From Pelomyxa schiedti (taxonomy: Eukaryota; Protista; Evosea), in assembly GCA_020536535.1 (NCBI GenBank), contig JAHLWZ010000871.1:1089-65088 (forward strand): a stretch of 64,000 nucleotides of DNA, given 5' to 3'. Shown here piece after piece: positions 13,201 through 26,400 of this stretch. Each line of letters begins with the position of its first letter. Position 1 is the first letter of the stretch. The position numbers were made by a program, and so were the translations under genes. The notes under the pieces were generated by a model. It saw only the letters and a list, made by a program, of their open reading frames with translations. It had not been told where the DNA came from and did no database searches.

Positions 13201-14384
13201 GCACTCATCAAAGAGAAAGCAGTACACAACAAACTTTTAGTATTTTCCTTGTGATATTGGTTTTAGACTATGATCATACCGGCAGACCGAGATGGTTGCT
13301 CTACAATAGCGGTGGACGATCCCGCCATTGCTAGAATCGTACAGCCACCACAGTACAACCAAAGGCATGGAGGAAAACTTCTTATTACCCCATCGTCAGA
13401 CCGGAAGGTGAAACTTCAAGCTCCCTTGAGATTGCAAACATTTTTGTTCTAGGTTATTGTAGATCTACGGGAGTTTCGGAGTAGTTTGCCATCTATGCTT
13501 CATGCAAGAGGAATGACGGTAATACCAGGTAGTTTGTTATTACGAGTCGAAAAACGTCTAATTTTCCCCAGCCCACCTGGAGGTTGGGGACTACATTCTT
13601 TCTCCAAGTCTTTGTGTTGAGCGAAAGAGTCTCTCTGACTTGATTGGTTCCTTTAAATCTGGCCGATTGTAAACCATATGTCTGTCCTACTGTAAACTAA
13701 TTGTTTTGGGAAGATACACTCAGGTTGAGTCAATGTGCCGAATGTATACCAATCCCCTCCTTCTTATTGAGTGGAGCACTTCGGAGGAATTTCGGTTGCA
13801 GGTAGTTATAACAAATTGAATAACTTTGAGACCGGTTTTCAGGCAGAAGACAAATCTGATACTGTACAACCAACAAGCGTAACAAGCAAGGTATCTCTCC
13901 CTGCCTTTTTTTTTGTATACTATGATGACATTTTCAAAGTTGACAGTTCTTACTATGCATTTCCCTAAATTGAGGCTTATATGGTCACAGAATCCACAAA
14001 TTTCCGCAGAAATATTTGATTCCATGAAGGTGACGCTGACTGTTCACTTATCCCTTAATTCTTTAATGTACTTGAAATTAGGATGGGCAACCAGAACCCG
14101 ATCTTGCTGGTATAAAAACCTCGGAAAGTGCTGAAGTGGAAGGCGGGGTCACATTTGAAGCAAGAGAATTCTTGTCTAGACTACCATTTGTAAGGGAAAA
14201 GAACGTGCAGGTACTACTTGCCCCGGCAACCGGAAATACAGACAACACCACACCCACCTCAACAAATAATGACCTCTCACTCCTCAAAATATGCAACATG
14301 TCACCACAAGAACTTGAGCAACTCCTCCTCATTGGGCCGACTGCAGCCTCCCAGCTTCACGAATTTATCCATCACTCCCTCTGA
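10233..14384 (+). CDS. ERCC4: DNA repair endonuclease XPF (ERCC4/Rad1/Mei-9), multi-exon
   Basis: [49 protein letters not shown]|[23 protein letters not shown]...[41 protein letters not shown] (nuclease), C-terminal HhH-like region. Confidence 0.95.
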
Positions 14385-14455
14385 TAACAAACACTTCAAC
14401 ACACAGAACCCAAACGCAATGAATCGCAAAAAGAACATTCATTGAATCATTCTTT

Positions 14456-17400
14456 CTACACTTTATTCAACAACAAACATACACCCTGGAGTATCCAAAT
14501 ACTGGGGTGTGTTGAGGTAGGCAGGTTTGCTTCAAACACCAGGCCCTCACCAGACTTGTTTCTTCTGGATTGATTTACATAGACTGGGGTCTGTAGAGTT
14601 CCGCGGGTGTGTCTGTGGCGTTTTTGTGTTGGAATGATGTGAATTACAGGCATGTCAGTCACTGGGTTGCCTTTCCTGGAGAGTTGGTTTGGTTGGGATG
14701 TGTTTAGTTTGTTTAGAAGGTTACTGTTGGAATGCAAGGCAGCAGTGGACCAGGTCCCAGGATGCACCTTCAAGACAGAGGCCGTGGATGTAACAGCCTA
14801 CTGTGGGGGGGTCGCGGATTGATGCAGGGTCCACAATGTTGGTTACCTTTGGAAGTAGTTAGAATAGCTGGGAAATGAGGGAGGGTGCGAGAACCTGGCA
14901 TTCAAGGTAGGTTTGATCTAGAGGCCAGGACATTTGCCTTGCGGTAGTTTGGAGTACAGATGTTAGATAGGCCTCGGGTACATGCAGACCTGCCAGCCAC
15001 ATGACTTTCGGTTCAGCCTGTATCCAGGATAGATACTGCTTATGCCGCCGTTTGAAATGAACCTGGGGATTTGTCATTCCGGGTGGCCGAAGCGGTTATG
15101 TCCACTTACCAACCAATCAGGTAAACTGCTTAATGTAGATGGAGCCAGTGCTTGCCAGATTGATGGAACAGAGCCAATGAAGAGGCTGAAGAACATTGCT
15201 TCCAATTCTCTATCCATTTGCTGATCTCCTGCAAGCGCTCTTTCCAATTTTTCAAGTGACTACGAATTCTTAGAGCAAAACAGTATTGTAGGATTATACT
15301 TTCTTCATGCATGTTATGAGACAATTCCAGTACTCCAACTCTTGCAAAAGTACTACTTGAGCTGGAGAGAGGATTCCTTGCTCAGTGGGCGTTCCCAAAC
15401 GTAGTGCCTTTTCTATCGAAGCAATATCGAAAGGTTTGGGTACTTCTGCAGCTATCTCCTTTAATAGACTTTTAACCACAGTCTCTTGTGTATCGCTATT
15501 GTGTGTTGCTCCTCCGAGACGGGGTTGCATTTCCAGCAGACTGGACCACATCTAATAGAGGAAAAGTTTGAATTTTGTACTGGAACGAATGTTATACTTG
15601 TTTCACAGCGTTTTTGTGATATGCCAGATCGGCATTTTGATGCAGTCCAACAACAGAAGGGCTGGTAACGAGGGAGAGAGAACTGATCGACTCCATGAGG
15701 GCAGAAAAATCGCCGGTTGGTAAGCTGTATGCTTCGCCTCCAGTAGAAAAGAAGTGGAAAGGCTGGAAGGAATCGAAAAGGAAATCGCCCATATACTCTT
15801 CGAGGTAAGTCTTTAGTACTCGACGATCATAACTGTCAGTTACGCGACCCCCATACACAACGTCACCAATAAGATAGTGCAAGGCCTCCCATGGAACACT
15901 TTTTTTCCGTGCCTGATGTATTGTTGGGTATCGATTAGCTTAACAAAAACATTCAATAAATTGCACACCAGGTGGACTTGCGAAAGTTGGGAGGACATTA
16001 CGGAACAAGATACATTGAAATCAGACTCATTAAAATCATAGTGTAAATTCCAGCCAATGGAGCCATATTTCTGACGCTCTTGTACAACGGAATGGAAAAA
16101 TGCCAGCACATACACTAGCTGGAGATACTGTGGATGTGGACACAACTTAGCCTCTGGAGTCAATTTGTAAAATAGGTTCCGCATGTTCAATGAGAGTCCA
16201 CTAGGAGGCTCTGTTACAACCTGCGGGGAAAAAACACAGTCAATATGTGGCATGTAGGGAAAGCCAACCTTCAGTGATCGCTGTAGAATTCCAATAGGAA
16301 ATGACGGAGTGGGTTCAGTTGTAAGCCACAGCCGGAAGTTTTCGTGTGGGTGCTCAAGCTTAGCCAAAATTTTATTGAGCACAGGAAGCCAACTGGGTAA
16401 AAGGTGGCAGTTTTGTAATACAACCCAATTGCCTTGACTTATTGCAATTTCTAAAAGCTTGGCCGCGGGATTTCCTTGATCTTGGCCCAGTGCAAATGGC
16501 TGTAGCGAAAAATAAGATGACGAAGAATGATTGAGAACTACTTTGACTTTCGAACTTAAACCCAAACTTTCCCCAAGCTTGAAAATGTCACTCAGTGGGT
16601 CAGATCCAGGGCTCAGTACACATATCACAGGAGTGGTGGGTGAACTTTGGGTAAAGATAAATTGGAATGATGTAGCAGGGGGCTGTAACAAATGGTCAAA
16701 GAGGACAAAAATTAATGGGTTTTGCCTGAACAAACTTCTCTCCAAGTTCTGTGACAATAAAGTTTCTCATAACAAACCAGACCCTATCAATACGGAAAGT
16801 TCTAACCAGAAGCAGCATGTAAAATTGATATTTGTGAGGGATATCTTCAAGAGATAACGTGCCAATAGAGAACGGAGGGCAGCTGTCCTCTGGTCTCTCC
16901 AGGCCAAGCCACAATTTCCATCCTGACTCATCTTTTTGTATTTGCTGAACAATATCACGGAAGTCATTTGATAATGTTGATAAGTAAAAAAGATCACGAT
17001 AAATCTGATCAGAGAGCCAAATGAAAGGCTTCCCAGCACCACTTCCAAGATTTGGATTTCCCCGAAGGAAAAAATCCAGCAATGGCTGCTCAATCAAGCC
17101 CTCCCCCTAAGGGTTGTTACATTAGATCAGAATTGTTCCTTGTCATGGTTTTTTTGTGGGGTCACCTTCAGAATCCCAATGCAAATTTGAAAGGCAAAGG
17201 TGAGTTTATCCTTTTCGAAAAGACTCATGCAAGTCCAAGTATAGACCTGCCCGGTAAGTGTACTTACTATCCCTTCCAAGCGCTGTTGGAGGTTGGTTTC
17301 CTTCTCAATTGCTGCCACTCCTGAAGGAGGCAACAACTTACCACTTTGATTCAAACTTGATTTATAGATCTTTGAAAAATGAGTGGCAAATTAGAATGTC

Positions 17401-20400
17401 TGTAGTACCTCAAGAAAGGCTCTCAAGGAATATTCATACATTGGATTTACAAAGGACAGAGTGGAGACAACAAAGAAGAGAACTGACCCACGTTTGGCTA
17501 CTGGTAGATACCTAAAAAGGATGAGAGAAAAGTTGCCAAGTTTTCTCCATTACTGTTCTCTGCTATTTTCCAGCTTTTCAGAGGTTTCCTGTGCAGACAC
17601 AAGTTTTTCAGATATATCCTGTGCTTTTCGTTTCGTCCGCTCAAGTGTTTGTATCAAATCTTCGTTGTCCAGAATCAGCCCTTCAGAAGAACTTAGTTCA
17701 GATAGCAATGTGTCTTCACATTGCTTGAGGTGGATTTCACTCTCGTGCTTGAGCCTGCACGAGCATGAGGAATCTTGGCCGAGAAATTAAACAAAACCTC
17801 ATCAAATTTGCCCTCTCAGTTTCCAAAGTAGGGTGTTCGTGGGAGACAACTAGACTCAGTAACTGATCTTGCAGACCTTGTTGGGTGACATTGAAGTTGA
17901 TGACCAGCAGTTTTACAAATATGTTTGGACTGAATTTTGGGTTGGTAAGCTTTGATGTCATGTACAATCTAATCAGGAAGTTGAGTATGTTCCTGTATCA
18001 CAGTATCTGGATACCTGAACTTATCATTCCACTGAATCTCTTTGCCACAGAGGTTGATCACTTTATGAGTCCCAGTACTCTTGATATTTTTGCTCAGTAC
18101 GGGATTTAAAATTGGATCTATTGTCTCATCAATGTCTTCAATTAACATGGGCAACCCAAGGGAAATAGCAAGTTCAAGTTGTCTTGTGAAATCGGTATCA
18201 TCAAATGTTCTAACAATCAATTTTTCTTTGGCCTTTTTTTGCGTTAGTGGAAAAGGAGCATCACTTGCATGCCTCTTTCTTTTTAATCCATTGGTTTGCT
18301 TGCATTTGTGGGTCGATACAAAGGGGGACATGGTAGCTGGAGACTGTAAAAATGGCATTTTGAATGGACAAGTCATCTGGGGGAAGATCTTGCGTTAACC
18401 ACTCGTGGACTTGCACCTTTCCATCTTAGTGTTTTCTATGTACAATGAAAATACCTCATTAGATAAAACGGTTTCCAACTTAAAAGGAGAACTAATTGGA
18501 ATGTGGCGATTGAGCAAGTCAGATTTCCAGACTGTAAAGATCATTTTCATTCGATACTCAAAACTGTTTGTATGAGTTCAAGTTGAAGAGTATGAAACGC
18601 ACTTAAATGGAGCTGTATAACTCAAAAATGATGCAGCAAGAAGGCAATCTCCAGCAACTAAGGGTCTTTTTTGGGATAGAAGAGATAAATCTGTGGTCCA
18701 CCTTGATTGTTCACTTCGAAAACCTTTCGTTTCTCAGGGAAAGAAGTGAGCACATTGGGAGAACCTGATATAAGCTGTTTTGCTGCAGAGAGTCGTCTCT
18801 CCATTACCTCGGCTTGCTCTTTGAGACTCTTTTGTTCCGCTGTTTTCTGCTGGTAATCTTTGTCGAGAGCTTCAAGCTATTTTTTTATTTTTATTACTCT
18901 CAGTGAGAAAAAAATTGTTGCATACTTGAGATACAAGACTCTTCATTTTAAAGACAATCTCTTCAAGATCTTGCTTATTTTGCTGTTGCAAGTCTTGGGC
19001 TTTCCTGACTGCAATTTGTTTAGGTTTTACTTTTTTTGCAACATTTGTGTAGTGCAGTATTGCTTCCACCCAAGTTAATAAACCAACAGCAGCAGATGAA
19101 ATTGACTTAAAGTTTTATAAAAATATCAGTCAGTACACTGCATAAATTACCTGCATCATTTTCACAGACAAATCAGATTTTCTAAGTATATCACTGACAC
19201 CTTTCACTTGCTTGTCAGTAAGAGTATCCGCATTAATAGCAATCAGATCATGAAGAAAATTTGGACTGGCCATGAGAGCTCTGGCTGACTTCCAAGACAC
19301 TTTCACACCTTTCAACCAACTAAATAGCTTTCAGTCTAGTTTTGGAGGAAAGTTGAGGAGACCAGATGCACTCGCAAAGTGATTGAACAGGCATTGGTGG
19401 GGTGGGGAAAGATCTAATCTCGGTAATTTCTTCCCTCCTCAAATTCCGCAGGTATGTATGTGCTTGGTCTAATTCTGGTTGAACCACTTGTAATTCCTGG
19501 GTTGCCTCATCCTAAAATTTGTAGTCAGCTTGATTTCGATATAACTCCAGTGGTAATGAACCATTTTTACTGATATTTGTTGTGCAAGATCTTGTAACTC
19601 AATTTCTTTTTGCTTAGATAGTTCCTGCGCCTCCTTCACACTTGTTTTTTTCTCAGCTATATGTATCAGCAACTTGTTGCAGACCTTAGGAGAAATGAAT
19701 TCGTTTTACACGAAATAACCTTGTGTTAAAAACCTCTGTTTGAGTGTCGATTTGCGTTTTTTGTAGTTCCAGTTGAGAGTTTAGAATTTCAACTTGGCTC
19801 CCAGCTTCTGTGAGTTTTTTTAGACCAGTTTCAAGTCTTTTAGTTTGGTCATCAATGTATTTGTATGTTTCCTTTACTTTATCTGAAAACGAGTTACAAA
19901 AAATATGAAAATGTTGTGAGAGTAACCTTTATAGATATTTAAGAAATCAATAAAATTATTGGGCGTTATGTAAATGGGCCTTCTCATTTGGTGTTCATAT
20001 TGCTCTGAATGCTTTAAAGCATCCAAATGCACAAACACCATGTGATCCACGATCGAATGCTGAAGTTCTGCATTAAATCCCAGGTCAGTGTTAGCCAGTG
20101 CCACACTCCTCAAAGCCTCATTTGGCCATGGGTGAAACCAATTAATGCAAGTATTACTTATTAGCCCAGGGAAACTTTGACAGTGCATGTGCAAAGATTC
20201 ACTTGCAGGAGACATGCACAATATAACATGTAGATTATCACGGCACCTAAATACCAATTGGTGAAAACGCCATGCAGTATAAAACCACCTCTCGGTGAAT
20301 AGGGTCCAGCAGTTTTCTCGATTACTGAGCACCTTATTGCGTGCCACCTCCTCTCTCATTTCTTGTGCAATGTGCTCCTTTTCGTCATCAGCAAACAAAG

Positions 20401-23400
20401 ACGGGACGAGTCCACAAGTGAGGATGTTGTTTATTGCTTCCAAGAAGCTTTCTTTTATCAAGTGCTCGTCAGTGAAGAGAAACACTGTTGGTTTATTCTC
20501 TAGACCCAGCTGCCGATACAAATCTTTTAGAGTTTCGTGAAACTGATCATCTTTTGCACAGTAAGTTTCCTGTGAATAAAAAAATCTCTACCTCCATAGT
20601 TTCTCGTTAATGTGGGCTCAAAAACAGCGAATCCAGTTGAAAAAGCTGCTATTCTGTTGCATTTAGTGGCTGAGTGGATTATATTAGACAACCTTGCTAA
20701 AGTGCGCTTTCCACTGCCTGGTAATCCAATTAGAAAAGCATGGCTCCGAGGTCGTTGAATGATGCGTAATATTCTTGCAATGTGCTCAATTGTGTAGTGA
20801 TTAAGTACTAAGTTCACGTTGCTTCTGCCTGTATGACAACATTGCTCCCTGTAGAAGGTGATAGTCTCCTCCAGTTGCTCCTTTACAGAAGGTGAGACTT
20901 GAGAAGTTCCTTGTTGTACGAACCTTGGCAGAAGCGAAAGTTCCAATATCTTCATAATTAAGAGTATCGATTTGAAATGTAGTTCGATAAGAAAAGTCTC
21001 CAAATAAACTTGGCTCTGCAATGGCATATGAAAGGTGCTGAGGAAAGAACTGCTGCAACAACTCATGTATCTTCAAAAGCACCAAATTGGTATCAGTAGA
21101 AGAGACCATTCTATCACAAAACACCCTCAAGCATTCGTTTCTCCATAACCGGATCATCTGGCCAACTGTATCAACCTGGACTGTGTTAGTGGGATGTTGG
21201 TGTATTGGAGTTTCAGTTAGGCCTCAACTTTATCACACTTTGACAAGCACAAGCCTTCAAACAGGCGACTTAAGTCCCGAAGGTTGAAAGTGTAGTGGAA
21301 CTTCGATGGAGTTGGGGGAAGGGATTGGCATATATAATTAAACAGGGTCAGTGTGATATCGGTCAGCGTTCCACTGGCCTGAAAAAGAAATTAGAGATCG
21401 ATGTAATGGGAAAAAATAACTTCTTTAATACTGGGACTGAAAGATGCCAAGTGCTCTCTCAATATAGACCAGTAGATCAACTTTAAATTTGTTCGTGATG
21501 GTGAAGACACATAAAACACATTGAACAGAGATAGAAGCCTTGAGTCAATGGACACTCTACCCCCACCAGGCATTCCCATAGTAGCTACAAATTGAACCTT
21601 CCGAAATTTCTTCCAGGCTAAGTCCTATCCCACAGTAAGGCAGAAGAGAAAATAAAGAACTTTGTACCCCTGTCCAATCATAGAGCCCCCCTCGCTCGAG
21701 TAGTAGTCTCAATAAAGCCATAGGTTGTTGTGTTCCATACTGATCCACTGAAGGCATATTTAAGTCTTCCAAACATATGATAAGTGTTCTTCCAGCTGGT
21801 GGTTGATACAGTCCAGCACCACACCTTTCAGTATTATCCTCCAGGGCTTGCTGTAAAGTGAAACTTGAAGAACTTGAGTAGGCAGCTCACAAGGAATAAA
21901 TACCTGCTGGTTTTACTGGACATATTCAAGTAGAGAGTTGTGTATTCCTCTGTATTCAGTTTTTCTAGAAAGGCTTGTACGATAGCTGTTTTGGCAGTTC
22001 CAGATACCCCAACGAATAAAATCGGTTTCTTGATTACCTCTATGCACGATTTAAGAATCCAAGTGTACCGCACTGTGTCACTTGTTGGGACAAGAACTTG
22101 GTGGAACTGTGAAGTGGAATAAGAAACTAGCCAAGATTAAAACTATTTGCCTTTGTAGAAGGTGCCACACTTAAGGGGGCCACCTTAGTGGCCCAAGGAA
22201 CCCACTGTCTCTCTCTTTCAGAAAATGAATACTCGAAGAGAGTGGGAAGGGCCCCAGGAAGGGATCCCACACCACTATCTCCAGTTGAAATTACCTACAT
22301 GGAGCATTGGTCTCTTTACAACATGAAAAGGTAATTACAGGTAACCCTGACAAAGTCTTTAAGAATTTATCAAATGATTCTCTGCTCCCTTCAAGCAAAG
22401 TGCTGCCAAAAGACCACGTCATACAAAAAATAAATTGGGTTTCCAAAACTCCAAGATCTATCAAGTCTTCTGATATGTCTCTCTTACAGCTTTTTAATAG
22501 TGGTTGTAACATGTGATTTGTCTAATACCTGACACAAAACGGTATCAAGCTGTGCACACAACTGTTTCACAAAATAAAGAGGACACACAGAAATACAGAA
22601 CTGTAATCTTTGGGAGGGAGTGCCATCTCCCTGGTCTCCGTCAAATATAAAGTTCATCATTCTGGGGACATATTTCTCAAACAATACAGTGAGTCCTTTT
22701 TGCTCGTGGGAGCTCTTCTCTTTTATCCACCTATTCACTTTCAAAATTAAGTTAGAAAAATAGGTATCTACTTAAAGAAGAATGGTCTGAATCCTAGATT
22801 TTGAGCAGAGACATAAACCATTCCGCATCGACTAACGGTTGCTGGTGAGGCAAATTCCAGATTTGTAACTTCGAAAATGAGAGCACAATGAGGTTGCATT
22901 CTGTTTACAAGTTTTGGAAATGGGGGGATAAAAAGCTCAGTACCTAATGCACTCTCCATTGGGGAGGGTTAACTGCTTGGAGTCATCCATTACTGAGTTC
23001 ATATCTTCAACCCATTTGGGGTCTACATCTCCATCAAGTACAATGTACTTGAGTGTTTTCTTTTCCTTCTTTTGGGGTGCGTTTGCTTTTCGAAAAAGTG
23101 AAGAAAGTATTCCATTGTTCCACTGCAAAAAATAAGGTCCATGATGGGGAGGATGCTCACCTGACGGGTGTTTGGATCCATCCAACCATATAGCTCTTTT
23201 ACACTTTGCGCTTTTGGATTGAGGACAAATAACTTGGTTGGGGATCCGATCTGAATAAAGATATTACTGTGACGCAAACTTGAACTACAGCATACGGCCG
23301 CTAGAGCACTTTGAAGTGTTTCAATGATTACCGTCTTGCCACTGAGTGTGGGGCCCACAACCATAACACAGTGTCTTGCCATCAATGTTTCATAGAGTTG

Positions 23401-26400
23401 CACTACTTTATTAACTTGCTCTGGGACTACTTGGTAGTTCTTTTCTTTTAGAACATCTTCAACATGTTCTCGAAAAGTTTTTTGCAACTCTACAACTTGT
23501 GTGACACCAGGAAATATGTCATTCAAGATTCCCTATACGTTGGTAAGAAGTTGTGTACCTGTGTTTTACACAAACCTGAAAGATGGAAATGTCAGAGAAC
23601 ACAAACTTTGGGAGGTTCATGCCTCTTATGGCTTTTATCATCACTACATCTTCCTCTTGGGAAGGACACCTGCCAGTGGAAAACTGATGAGTCAAAATCT
23701 CTTTAGAAGAGGAGAAAGAAAAGGTAGCCACCCCCTCTTCAGATTTCCTGCCATCATTAGAGCAGATTTGAGTGCACGCAATCCCCAGTCATAATGTTTT
23801 TGTTTTGTCAATTGCTGTTTGGCTAACTCATAAAGTGCACAAATTTTTTTAGCAAGAGTCCTGGCACTAGAAAACCCGAAGCTGAATAACATAACCTCAG
23901 CAATAAGTTCCATATCAGGAACGGCCATAACAACAGGTCTAAACAATGCCTGTGCTTGTTATAACTTAGCAACCTAGTCATGTTCACACCTTTAGGTTAT
24001 CTGGCAACTCAGTCCGGCCTGAATATGTTGGATTCGAGGTGACAAAGATCTAATTGGTTGGTGGGAACTCATAGATGCCACAAAACATACTCCACATTTG
24101 CTATCTAGATTGAGCTCTTTGCCAAAAAATTGAAATTTTGTTTGAGAAGCTCTCAAGGCTTGTTGAATAGTGCTGACTTGAATTGATATCACAGAGAGTA
24201 CCTATTGGTGCATTACAAGTGAGCTGCTTCAGGAATATTACTACCTCCGGTTTTATGCGATTGAATTCGTCAAAGCAGGCCCACCCACCACACTGTACCA
24301 GACCAGAAAGTAGACGGGCAGTAGTGGAGTAATCAACCCCTTCACCACAGTTGTAAACCTTGCACAAAAGACCCAATGACTTAGCCAAATCCTTCACAGT
24401 TTCCTTTAATAAAGTGGTGAGGCCATGGTCAAATCAGGGTGTGCACACAGTCTTGCCAGTTCCAGCAGGCCCAGCAGGAGCACCTCCAAGTTTATGGGTG
24501 TGCGCTTGTGTCAAAGTCAAAATACACCTCTCTGTGAGTGGGGTAATAACCAATCTACCACTCAACCCAAGATACTCATATCCATAATGGAATACACCAG
24601 AACACTGTTGGATTACAACATCTTCGACAGAAGTATCCCTGTATGGAAATTAAACTGGTGGTGATGGAAGAATTAAACCAGTAAAATCGCAGCTGGCTTT
24701 CCCACTCGAACTGACTAAGTGAGAAGATGCTACCTCGAACCAAGGATTCCACGACATCCTCTTGGTGAACGCCAATGATAATCAATGAATTTATAATGCT
24801 TCTTGTTATGGGGGGAAGATCCTGGCGGACCAAACCAACAAGAAACTGGAGGTGATCATGCATTCTATTACTGAGCTTTTTGAATGCGTTCTTATCAGAG
24901 CTGAGCTAAATTTGATCTGTTAGTAATTTTCACAGCTTGAACAAAGAACTTGGTGAAAAGTATCTTCAGTATTCCACGTCCACCATATTTGGGCAGCAAC
25001 GAGGATGGACATAGCGGGGAAAGACCCGATCCAGGAAGAAAAAGGCATAGTAGCATGGTAGAATACTGTTTCTTTTGTTAAAGCACGCAGAGTCTACTAA
25101 TTGTGAAATAGGTTGAGAGTTCCATGTTAACATGTTACATATTTCATTTCTGATTCCACAGATTGCATCCACACTTCAACTGGACCCCCTAACGGGAATT
25201 GTCTACGAAATTTTACTTGTTCACACTCTGAAGATATCATGCCTGCTACAATTTTTGATTGCTGTGTACTGTTAACCCTAATATGTGAAATAAGTACAGA
25301 CAAAAAAAGGGTTAATATTTACACAAGAGTTTGTATATTCCCAAATAATTGAATCATATGTGTCTGTAGTGCACTTAGATCAGAGCTTCCCAGGATTGCC
25401 AGTAGTTCATCATCACTAATGAAATAAAATCTTGAAAAAGCTTGACGCTTTGTCTCAAGGTATTCAGACAGTGCACACTGGCAAGTTTGGAGGGAAACAT
25501 GCAAATTTTTCAGTAGCTCAGCACGCCCTGAGTCTTGGCATGCCTGAGGTCATAATGAGTGTTTTCTGAAAATGAAAAGCCTGTGTACCTGAAGAACGAG
25601 AGTGTTAGAACCAATTTCAGACATCATTGTTTTAAATGTCTTGTCGATGTAGCTGAATTGCTCTGACTCCACTGGAAGCCTTTCCCGAATATCCTCATTT
25701 GAAAGGAATATATTTTCCAGGTACAGCCATTTCTTTTGCACAATCATCCACTCTTGGGTAACCTTGGATTGCATTGGCATCAGCAAATTTTGGAGAATGA
25801 AATAACCTCTTCCACCAGTGCTAATTGCTTTTCCCATTTTTGGATTTTTTCTAAAAAGGAAGAAGCATAGCGAGAAACAGCCATTGCTTGTAATGTCATC
25901 TGGTTATCTTCAATCAGGGACTGAATGTCATCAATTCCCTTTAATAGCAGATTTGTCTTCTCTCCATTGGTGAGCTTTATAAGTTCAAACTGCATTGTCT
26001 TCCACGAAGTGGAAATTGACTGAAGAGTCTTTCCAAATGAGTCTTCATGATTGGCAGTCTCAACCACATCAGAGATTCTTTCTGTAAACTGTTCCAAGTC
26101 CAACGATAGAACCGTACCAAGTGTAAACTCATCATTGGTATGCAAGAAGAGGTAACCAGTGATCTTTTATGTACACATCAAGTTAATACGGGGACAAAAT
26201 GGGGATGACAGGCCTCTTTAATTTTGTCCCAATGCCTTGGTTGTAGGGAGTCACTTTTCAACCATTTCAAAAGTGAAACCGATTCCCTAAAAGTATTAAT
26301 TCGTTGTACCAGCAGTTTTGACGGGTATATGGACTGCAGGGGCTTGGGGAGTCTATTGGTTTTGTTGATGAACCCATCAATTCCACCAACAAGGACATCA